Assembly (NCBI GenBank): GCA_964252035.1
Contig: OZ176213.1
Length of the DNA stretch: 64,000 nucleotides
Source: Podarcis erhardii
Taxonomy: Eukaryota
Reading direction: 5' to 3' (one strand)
Shown: positions 27,715 to 37,300 of the stretch, one piece after another
Layout: every line of letters begins with the position of its first letter
Position numbering within the stretch: the stretch's first letter is position 1
The notes under the pieces: generated by a model
Database searches by the model: none
The model's input: only the letters and a program-made list of their open reading frames with translations
Told to the model about the DNA's origin: nothing
Program-made: the position numbers and the translations under genes

Positions 27715-27956
27715 CAGTCGTACCTTTCTTCTCGAACGGCTTAGTTACCAAACAAATTGGCTCCCGAACGCCACAAACCTGGAAGTAAGTGTTCCGGTTT
27801 GCAAATATTTTTTGGAAGCCGAATGTCTAGCGCATCTTCTACTTGAGTACAAGATGCTTCTGCAGCCAATTGGAAGCCACACCTTGGTTTTTTAACTGTT
27901 TTGGGAGTCGAACAGACTCCCAGAATGGATTCAGTTCGACAACCAAGGTACCACTG
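27715..27956. mobile_element. Tc1/mariner-type MITE
   Basis: TA|CAGTCGTACCTT...AAGGTACCACTG|TA. Confidence 0.78.
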
Positions 27957-28075
27957 TAACTGGCATATGAAACTGCTAGCTTTTCACACACACCCGCCAA
28001 AAAAGAAATCCTTGAAATTGCAGTAGAAGTGCTGAGAATTGTGGCTCAGCAAGGGGTCTTCTATAAACTCTAAGC

Positions 28076-28364
28076 CAGGGGTCAGTAACCTAAGGTCCAG
28101 AAGCCAGAAGCGGCCCGTGGAGGTCGTTTGACCGGCTCCCGAGCCCCTTCTGAACCGAGCTGCCCGCTCATGTGCTATGCTAAAGCAGCACGGCACAGGA
28201 ACTCACTTCTGCGGCACCCAAAATTGCGTCTCCACGGACACAGATGCCAAAAATTGCGTCTGTTCACATGCAGACACTGAAAATTCCGCACGTGCGATCT
28301 GGCCCACAGAGGGATCTCCGTGGGACTGATCCGGTCCAGGCAAGATAAACCTTGCCAACCCCTG
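28076..28364. mobile_element. Non-autonomous hAT element
   Basis: CAGGGGT...ACCCCTG ends, flanked by CTCTAAGC/CTTTAAAC (degenerate TSD). Confidence 0.65.
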
Positions 28365-28662
28365 CTTTAAACACTCTGAAGAAACTGCAGTCCCCAGGAT
28401 TCTTTGGGGGAAGCCAGGGCTGTCAAAGGGGCATCATATTTCTTTAAATGTATGATTTGGATGCGACAGTGCTCTGTACAGCAACTGGCAGCAACTTTCT
28501 AATGCCTTGGGCAGAGGTTCTTCCCATTGCTGCTTCCTCAGATATTTTTAGCTTGATGTGGCAGGGATATGCTCCACTGAAACATGGATCCCTCCCTTCC
28601 TTTTGTATCTTTCTATCTCTGCTTCTTCCAAGGCTAAGACTTAGTGTTGTGGGTGGTGGTGA

Positions 28663-28971
<309 letters not shown>

Positions 28972-29522
28972 TAGCGCATTGTGAAGGGGAAGGCTGGCTG
29001 CTGGCTTACATGAGCCTTAGTCTGATCTAGCTTTCACTGTTCACTTACATTCAGATGTTGCTTGTTGTGATGCTACTAGGTGTCTTATAAGAACCATTGT
29101 TACTCACCCATGCCAGCATTGATTCCCTCCTCTTACCCAGACTCTCTTGGGTGGGTAGGATAATGTTTTTTTTTTTTTTAAATTCTTTTTATTAAGTAAC
29201 TTTTAACATAACACAAACTTCATCAAAACAGAAAAGACGAAAAAACATTTAAAGGAAAAACAAAAAGAAAAAAAGGAAAAAAAAGAACACATAGTGCAAC
29301 TACTCACTATCCCAATAACAAGTGAGTTTAAAAAGAAAAACAAGCACAAAGAAAAAAGGCAAAAAGGCCTAGAAAAATACAAAAAGGTGTGGAAAAGAAA
29401 CATAGAATATACAACAATTGACACATATCGCCTGACCTCCTTCCCTACTGAATTCGGGTTCCCAGTTTTACTAGATTCCTTTTAACCGCTGGTGTTGGTA
29501 TCTATCTTGTACACCGGAAGTT

Positions 29523-32500
29523 TTAAACTGAACCTGCTATAGTTGGTAAGTTTCTAAAATTACTTTCAATATAAACCATAAATTTGTTCCAATCGTCATT
29601 TAACTTTGCATTTTTTTGATTTCTAATTCTTTGCGTCATTTTTGCTAATTCGATGAAGTCATATAGTTTAGTTTGCCAATCCCTCACTGTTGGTATGTTT
29701 GTACCTTTCCAATTTTGGGCGATTAGCATTCTGGCCGCTGCTGTTGAATATTGGAATAGGGTTTTGTCTTCATTTTTTATCTCATCTCCAACCATCCCAA
29801 GTAAAAAGGCCTCTGGTCTTTTTGGGAATGTGTATCTGAGTATTTTTTTTAACTCGTCATATATCTGATTCCAAAATTTTTTCGTTACCTCACATGCCCA
29901 CCACATATGTATGAAATTACCTTCTTTTATTTTACATCTCCAACAGGCCTTGTTTCCAGTCTTGTACATTCTACTTAATTTTTCTGGTGTTAAGTACCAT
30001 CGGTAAATCATCTTTTCTATATTTTCTCTAATTGCAGCGCTTGCCGTGAATTTTATACCCTCACTCCACAATTTTGTCCACTTCTCGTATTCTATGTTAT
30101 GCCCCAGATCTATCGCCCACTTGACCATGACTTCCTTAATTTCTTCGTCTTTTGTATCCCACTCTAGTAATATATTGTACATTTTAGACAATAATTTAGA
30201 ATTACTTTCAATTATTTCAATCTGGAATTTTGATTTCTTTTCACTCATTCCTGCTTTTTTATCCTGCGTCCATCTTGCGTTGATCTGATGGTACTGTATC
30301 CAACCCGTCAGCTTCTCTTTTAACTCCTCATATGGTCTTAGTTTCCAGCCGTTTTGGGATTTGACTAGTAGGTCTTCATATGTCAGTCTCTGATCTTCCT
30401 GATTTATTTTTTTAATTGTCAAGATATTTGTTGGGGATAGCCACCAGGGTGTTTTCCCTTCGAGCAATTTTTTGTTTTTTTCCCAGACTTCATACAGGGG
30501 TCCTCTGATGATGTGGTTCGAGAAACCTTTATGAGCTTTCTCTTTATTCGACCAAAGGTAGGCATGCCAGCCAAACCTATTGTCTGCCCCTTCGAGGTCT
30601 AATAAGTCTGTGTTTTCCAAGGTTATCCAATCTTTAACCCAGCACAAACTAGCCGCTTCGTAATATAGTTTCATGTTAGGGACAGCCAGCCCTCCTCTCT
30701 CTTTTCGGTCCGTGAGTAGTTTAAACCTAATCCTTGGTCTTCTTCCCCGCCATATAAATCTCGAGAGGGTTTTCTGCCAGTCTTTGAATATTTTGGATCC
30801 TCTAATAACAGGAATATTTTGAAACAAAAACAGCATCTTAGGGAGTGTATTCATTTTTATAGCTTCCATCCTGCCCAGCCATGAAAGGTTAACTCTACTC
30901 CAAACATCCAGGTCTTTTTTGATTTTGTTCCACGTTGCCGAATAGTTATCTTCAATTAAATTTATATTTTTTGGTGTGAGCCATATTCCTAAATACTTTA
31001 TTTTTTTTGTCACTTTGATTCCATACTGTCTCTCCAGATTTTCTTTTGTGTCTCTGCCCAGGTTCTTTATCATCATTCTAGTTTTGGATTTATTCAATTT
31101 AAAACCAGATAGCCTGCCATACTCATCTATGACCTCCAGTGCTCTGCCCAAACTTCCTTGCGGCTCTTCCAGGGATAACATCAGGTCGTCCGCATAAGCT
31201 TTCAGTTTATACTCCTTAGACCCTATTTTTATCCCTTGTATCTCAGGCGTTGATCTTATTTTATTTGCCAAAACTTCTAACACTATAATAAATAGGAGCG
31301 GGGAGAGGGGGCACCCCTGCCTAGTTCCTTTCTCAATTTTGAATGTATTTGTAAGATTATTATTTATTACCAGTTTGGCGGATTGAGTCGAGTATACTGC
31401 CTGTATTCCTTTCATAAATTCACCCTCTATCCCTACCTTTTCTATAGATTTTAATAGGAATGACCAGGAGACGTTGTCAAACGCCTTCTCAGCATCTATG
31501 AAAACCAAAGCCGCTGGGATGTCATTATTGATCTCCAGGTGTTCGATTATGTTTATGACCTGTCTCACGTTGTCTTTCAAGAGCCTATTTGGCAGGAAGC
31601 CCGATTGATCTTTTTGAATTAAGTTTGTTAAACATTTTTTCAGTCTGTTTGCCATAATATCCGCGTAAATTTTATAGTCATTGTTAAGCAAAGATATTGG
31701 CCTATAGTTCTTCATATTCAATTTATCTGTGTCTGCTTTATGAATTAATGTTATAAAGGCTTCCCTCCAAGATTCGGGTATTTTCCCTCCTCTCAAGATG
31801 TTATTCATAGTATCACAGAGCGCAGATGTCAATTGATTTCCCAAAACTTTATAATATTTGGCCGAGAGACCATCCGGTCCTGGTGCCTTACCTAATTTCA
31901 TTTTTTTTATTGCATTCTGTATCTCTTCTATATTTATGGGTCTATTTAATTGGGCTCTTTCTTCTTCTGTGACAATCTTCCCTTTGCAGTTCGCTAAGTA
32001 TCTTTCTATTTTAATTGGGTCCTCTTCCCCTTTCTTGTACAGCTCCTCATAAAATTTAAGAAAGTTATTTTGTATTCTTTTTGGATCTACTATCAGTTCT
32101 TCCTCCACCATTATTTTGTTTATCACATTTTGCTTTTGTCTTTTTCTCAGCTGCCAGGCCAAAAATTTCCCTGTTTTATTTGCCGATTCAAAGTATCTTT
32201 GCCTCATTGACTTGATTTTCCATTCGATTTCTTGATTCGTTAACATCGAGTATTGTGTTTGTAGTAGTTTCATTGTTTGTAGGCTATGTTCGTCTTTCGG
32301 ATTTTCTATTAATTTTTTCTCACACTCCCTTAGCTGTTTGAGAACTTCCTCCTTCTTTTGCTGTCTTATTTTCTTCCTATAGTTATTTTGCTGGATAAAG
32401 AAACCTCTTAAAACCGCTTTGCTGGCGTCCCACACCACTTCCATGTTTGTTCCTGTATTAAGGTTTAAGTCGAAATATTCTTTTAAGGTGGCTTTGGCTT

Positions 32501-33275
32501 TTTCGATGATCTCATCATTGTCTAATAAATATTCGTTCAACCTCCATCTAAAGCCCCCCTGTAGTGTACCTTTTATTTCCAATGTTATAGAATTGTGGTC
32601 CGAGAGAGTTCTCGGTTGGATTTCACATTTCGTGGTCCTTAAGGTGAGTTCCCTCGAGATCCAGACTTGATCTATTCTACCCCAGCTTTTGTGTACTTCT
32701 GAGAAAAAGGTAAATTGCTTTTCTGTTGGATGCTTGTGCCTCCATATATCTATTAAATCCATATTTTCTTCCAAGTCCTGAAATGATTTAGGTAACTTTC
32801 CTTGGTTTCGCTTTCCCTTATCTGATTGCCTATCTATTTCTGGAACCGGCACCGCGTTGAGGTCTCCCGACAATATTATCTTGTCATTTCCTAAATCTAA
32901 GATCACTTGTTCTAATTTCCTAAAACATTCTGACCTATTTGAGTTTGGAGCATATATGTTTATCACATTAATCTTTTCCCCCTGAAAGTTAATTTGGATC
33001 CCCAAAATCCTTCCCTCTTCATCCTTATAGATCAGTTTAGGTTCCCATTTTTCATTGACATATGTTATTACTCCTTTTTTTTTCTCTGCCGTAGAATTTA
33101 TAAATTCTATTCCTAATCTCTTATTTACTAGAACATGCTTGTGCCTTTTGGCTACATGGGTCTCTTGAATACAGATTACATCCAATTTTTTCTTTTTCAA
33201 CACATTTACAATTTTATTCCTTTTGGTTTTTTCGTTCAGACCGTTTACATTCCATGTTAGAATCTTAAGATTCAT
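29523..33275 (-). CDS. L1 ORF2p (APE endonuclease, reverse transcriptase, C-terminal CCHC), 1250 aa, uninterrupted
   Basis: APE motifs TWNVNGL, IQETH, GDLN, RIDQ and SDH. RT motifs KAPGPDG, YRPISLLN, DAEKAFD, RQGCPLSP, YADD and KYLG. Zinc knuckle CWRCKIKEGNFIHMWWAC (CX2CX8HX4C). Confidence 0.97.
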   Translation of the reverse strand: MNLKILTWNVNGLNEKTKRNKIVNVLKKKKLDVICIQETHVAKRHKHVLVNKRLGIEFINSTAEKKKGVITYVNEKWEPKLIYKDEEGRILGIQINFQGEKINVINIYAPNSNRSECFRKLEQVILDLGNDKIILSGDLNAVPVPEIDRQSDKGKRNQGKLPKSFQDLEENMDLIDIWRHKHPTEKQFTFFSEVHKSWGRIDQVWISRELTLRTTKCEIQPRTLSDHNSITLEIKGTLQGGFRWRLNEYLLDNDEIIEKAKATLKEYFDLNLNTGTNMEVVWDASKAVLRGFFIQQNNYRKKIRQQKKEEVLKQLRECEKKLIENPKDEHSLQTMKLLQTQYSMLTNQEIEWKIKSMRQRYFESANKTGKFLAWQLRKRQKQNVINKIMVEEELIVDPKRIQNNFLKFYEELYKKGEEDPIKIERYLANCKGKIVTEEERAQLNRPINIEEIQNAIKKMKLGKAPGPDGLSAKYYKVLGNQLTSALCDTMNNILRGGKIPESWREAFITLIHKADTDKLNMKNYRPISLLNNDYKIYADIMANRLKKCLTNLIQKDQSGFLPNRLLKDNVRQVINIIEHLEINNDIPAALVFIDAEKAFDNVSWSFLLKSIEKVGIEGEFMKGIQAVYSTQSAKLVINNNLTNTFKIEKGTRQGCPLSPLLFIIVLEVLANKIRSTPEIQGIKIGSKEYKLKAYADDLMLSLEEPQGSLGRALEVIDEYGRLSGFKLNKSKTRMMIKNLGRDTKENLERQYGIKVTKKIKYLGIWLTPKNINLIEDNYSATWNKIKKDLDVWSRVNLSWLGRMEAIKMNTLPKMLFLFQNIPVIRGSKIFKDWQKTLSRFIWRGRRPRIRFKLLTDRKERGGLAVPNMKLYYEAASLCWVKDWITLENTDLLDLEGADNRFGWHAYLWSNKEKAHKGFSNHIIRGPLYEVWEKNKKLLEGKTPWWLSPTNILTIKKINQEDQRLTYEDLLVKSQNGWKLRPYEELKEKLTGWIQYHQINARWTQDKKAGMSEKKSKFQIEIIESNSKLLSKMYNILLEWDTKDEEIKEVMVKWAIDLGHNIEYEKWTKLWSEGIKFTASAAIRENIEKMIYRWYLTPEKLSRMYKTGNKACWRCKIKEGNFIHMWWACEVTKKFWNQIYDELKKILRYTFPKRPEAFLLGMVGDEIKNEDKTLFQYSTAAARMLIAQNWKGTNIPTVRDWQTKLYDFIELAKMTQRIRNQKNAKLNDDWNKFMVYIESNFRNLPTIAGSV

Positions 33276-33328
33276 TGTCCCTTTTAACTAACAATAAGTC
33301 AGTAATCTAACAGTAGTAAATTATCAAA

Positions 33329-34390
33329 TTAGATTCGGGTGGTTTTGTCCTCTGTTTCTTCTTCCTCCTGGCCTGCTTCTTCCCCCTCTGTCTCCTCCCC
33401 CTCCCCCTCCCCCCCTCCCCCCAACCCCCCACCCTCCCTCTCCCTTCCCTCCATTCCTGCACCGGCCGTCACTTCTCCTTCTCCACTCCTCCCTCCGACC
33501 TTCTCCTCCACCCCCCCGAGATCCTTATCATATCTGCGTAGAAATTTACTGATTTCCTGATTGTCCGTTATCCTGAATCTTTTCCCCTTGTAGAAAAAGG
33601 AAATCCCTTCAGGGAATTCCCATCTGTGTTGTATACCATTCCTTTTTAAAATGTTGACTATCTGTTTGTAACCCTCTCTCTTACGGAGGAGTCTAATTGG
33701 TATTTCTTTGAAGATGATGATTGGTCTTCCATCAATTACCAATTTCTTCTGGTAACTTTCCCTTAAGATTATGTTTCTCATCTCTATTGATTTAAAAATC
33801 ACTAAGCAATCCCCTGGGGCCTTTTTCAGTCTGTTATGTTTGGGTCTTATTTTTATCCTGAATACATTTTCTATCGATTGGGCAACTTCCTCTTCACTCA
33901 GTGCAAGCCATTTCGCCAGTTCTTGGATCATTTTCTTTCCGATATCTTCCTCCGTCTCTTCTCCCACTCCTCTGAATTTTAGATTTAACTGTTTTTGTTT
34001 CATTTCCATCATTGCTAAATTATCCAAAACTTGGTCTTGGCTCTTACTTAACTCTCCGAAATTTTCCTTCAATCTCACAGCTTCTTTTCTCTGGTCCTTC
34101 ATCTCCTTTTGTATTTTTTTATTTGAGTCTTCTAGGGATTTTGTTCGAGTCGTGAGTTCATTTATTCTGTTTGACATTTCCCCTACGATCCCCTCTAACT
34201 TCTTATCAAAAGATTCCTGCATCTCTCCTAACTTTTTTTCTATGTGTGTCTCATTCTGTCTAAATTCCTCTTTTATTTTCAGCCACAGAGCATCTAGATC
34301 TCTGATTTCCTCTTGTTTTGAGGATTTCCTCTCTATTGGTGTTCCTGTTGACTTCTTCCCATCCTTTCCCGCCATCTGCCCAGCCCACAT
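33329..34390 (-). CDS. L1 ORF1p (coiled coil, RRM-like and CTD-like regions, Gly/Glu-rich tail), 353 aa
   Basis: Heptad-rich N-terminal half. NLKFRGV.E and I.IFKEIP...LRKR..Y..I...LK..GI...W.FP segments are typical of vertebrate L1 ORF1. It lies 53 nt upstream of ORF2. Confidence 0.88.
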   Translation of the reverse strand: MWAGQMAGKDGKKSTGTPIERKSSKQEEIRDLDALWLKIKEEFRQNETHIEKKLGEMQESFDKKLEGIVGEMSNRINELTTRTKSLEDSNKKIQKEMKDQRKEAVRLKENFGELSKSQDQVLDNLAMMEMKQKQLNLKFRGVGEETEEDIGKKMIQELAKWLALSEEEVAQSIENVFRIKIRPKHNRLKKAPGDCLVIFKSIEMRNIILRESYQKKLVIDGRPIIIFKEIPIRLLRKREGYKQIVNILKRNGIQHRWEFPEGISFFYKGKRFRITDNQEISKFLRRYDKDLGGVEEKVGGRSGEGEVTAGAGMEGREREGGGLGGGGEGEGEETEGEEAGQEEEETEDKTTRI

Positions 34391-37300
34391 CCTCCCTCCC
34401 TCACACTTTCAATTGTACAGAAATTTGATAGTCTTTTGGCTCTCCCCTAGGGGGCGTACAATCTTGGATACTTAATAATCTCGGTGGGAGATACTAAACT
34501 GCCCTTTGGGCAGGGCAAAATATCGTTACTAAATCTTATGTATGGTAGCCTGTCCCAACCGGCTCTAATTCAATTCCCTTTTTGAGGTTAAAGCATACAA
34601 TCACAGTTTATAATCGTACATATATGTAGAGGTACTGTAATTAAGAGAGGGGAAACCTGGAGGGAAAAAAAAAAAAAAAGAAAAAGAAAAGAAGAAGAAG
34701 AAAAAGAAGACAGGGGGCAAAAAGGGGGAGAGAGAAGAGAGGAAAAGACCAAGGGGGGGGGAAGGAAAAATAAAACGTCTTTTTTCCGATTTTTAAGCAC
34801 GTCAGGGGGGGGGAGGGGGATGGCCGAGGAGGAGGAGAGAGTTCAGTCTCTCGAGGTATGACGATCCGCCATGGGGAGAAAAAAAAAAGGAGAACTAGGT
34901 CTTCACTGCGCGTGCTGGTCTTCACTACGCGGATTAATTCTCAATATGTTGCTGTGTCCTTTATCGTTCAGCGGGGGTACTTAAAGTCCGGCGAAATAGC
35001 TGCCCAGCGAGAATAGATACTGGGGTGTTGTTTATGTGCAAGTTTTTACGAGTGACTGTCCTCCCGCAGTTTGCCGAATATGAAAACGGGGCGGAAGAAA
35101 GCCGGAACCGCTAGCGAAGCAATGGGAGGGGGAGTCACCCCTTCGTTCTTATCCACTTTTTCCTCTCCCCTTCCTCTCCCCTTCTACTTTTTTCAGCTTC
35201 CAAAATATCGCTTCCTTACACTCTTGCCAGCTTTCTTTATAAACCGTCCTTTCTAATGCCCCCCTGAACTGCCGATAACGATACAGAGTCTCTATCGATG
35301 CAAAGTCTCTAAGATTTCTTTCTAAATCAGTTACTTTTCTGCTTGGTTACTTTTGCCCCGTGACACTTCCAGCGGGGACTATCCCTTCCACGTTATACAG
35401 CGGGTGAGTAAAAGTTTCTTTGTTTCACTCCTCCGGTGCTAGTCCCAGCGCCATCTTAGATCCGAAATACAGGTCGGGCTCCTTAACTTAATCTGTTAAC
35501 ATCCATCGCTCCTTGGGCTCTATTGTCCGAAATAGCTCCAATATTTAACACTCAGTCCCGAGGGCGACTGTTCTTAAGGTTACGGAGATTTGTCGCCACT
35601 CTCAGTGAGAGCTAGAGGCATCGCTGCACGGGGCCCGCAGGACTTACCGAATATGCGTCGCTCGGTCCCGTCATACCCAGGTTTCCTCCACGAAGCAGGA
35701 AAAACCCAGAAGAACTCCAGGACCCCTCCGACGCTGCCGTTTGCGCTTCCCTCAAGGGGGCCCCCCTTGAGGTTTTTGGGGTCGCAGTGCCTTTGCGTTG
35801 CCCCTCAATAGCCCCGTGCAGTTCAGCGGAGTTGCGCTGCAACTTCACCGCGCTCCCATCCTGCTGGCGATCCAAACCGGAAGTAGGATAATGTTTTTGG
35901 GGGCTACGTTACCATGGTGGAAAGTTGCCCGGGCCACATTCCCAAAGTGAGCAGGGTCAAATCCACATACAAACACTCCCTTAGCAAACACAGAATTATG
36001 CGCCAACATACCCGCAAAGCTATTTCCCATGGAAACAGAGGCATCCTTAGAAAAGCCACTCGTTTTACCTTCCATTTTTCTTCATAGATTTTATTTTTTA
36101 TAATGCTTGAAAAGAAAGAGTTTTCCAGCACCCTCTGTGCAAAAGGAAAATCAGCAACCACCACTCAGTCAACGCGCAGCTGAACTGCAAGCTCTGCCTT
36201 GCAGCTCCTTAAATTTTCAGATTTAAAAAAAGCAATTGCATCCCCAAAACTTCATGCATGCAGTTGCAAAATGCATAGGCTACTTTTTGGATATTTGCCA
36301 GGATCACAACTCTACTGAGACATTTCCCACTCAGATGCCTTGCATAGGACATCAATGCCCTTTCTGCTCCCCTGGACAACTAGGCCCCCCAGAGGGCAAT
36401 ATGAAATTTTGGCCAGATGTGACCTGCATACAGGAGTTGGCATGTCCCCAACCACACTCTGTGATCTGGAGAGGTGGATAGTGGTTTGAAAGCCATCCAA
36501 TGAATTTTTTGGGAATTTTTATCAAATTGATTTCCTTCCTGTCCACGATATGATAGTGCCTCCTTTGCTCTCTCTGCAGTTTTGGGGGAGTGTTTGAACC
36601 ATCTAACCCTGTTCAGTGTGCCTCCCAGTCATAAGAGCACTTAATGTATATGAGTCATCCCATCTTTCTTTTCAGTTTTTCTGCTGCTGTCCTTGATGCT
36701 ATAGGAAGGCTCCACTGGGCTGTAGGTGGCAACATATTTTTTCTCCCGACAAAATGCAGATATTCTCACTAATGAGCTTCTGTAAACAAAGCAGTTAGCC
36801 ATTTTCACATAGTTTGTCAGCTGGTGTTGTATAGGGCTAGAGGCAATATGTAGCATTTTGGAGCTCTTGAGTGGTTCTTGTGTCTTCGGGAGTTGCTGAC
36901 CACACAGAAGAACCTTCAGTTGGAGGGGCAGAGAGGGGACAGAAAAATGCACCCTGAGTCTTTGAGAGACTTGCCTAACCAAGCAAGTTTGGTGCCTGAG
37001 ACAGAATTTACAGATGGGGTACTCTCAGTAGTAATGATCAATTGCTACATAATTGGTTGGTATTGCTGCCCTTTCACGGTACCCCAAAATCAGCTGACTT
37101 TGCTGATGCCTCTAAATTAGGAGGATTTGCTTGTGGATTTCCCTTAAATTAACACCTGTGAACACATGACAGATCCAGCTAGCCCAGAATAGTCTACACA
37201 GACTGAGAATGGCTCTCCAGACGTCTTTCGCAGAGGTCTTTCCTACCTTTGTAACCTGGAGATGCTGGCAATTGAACTTGAGAAGCCTGTCTGCTACTCC

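Larger units (their letters stand above)
29171..35882 (-). mobile_element. Full-length L1-clade non-LTR retrotransposon, antisense in the last DET1 intron
   Basis: Perfect TSD GTAGGATAATGTTTTT at 29155-29170 and 35883-35898. Poly(A) (T-run 29166-29179) has AATAAA just upstream (29188-29193). The 5' end reads (AC)TTCCGGTTTGG. It has a CpG-rich 5' UTR, ORF1 and ORF2. Confidence 0.96.

Noticed and set aside
33771-34475. 234-aa plus-strand ORF
   Set aside because: Ser/Phe/Ile-rich antisense mirror of the A-rich L1 ORF1 codons, with no independent motifs.
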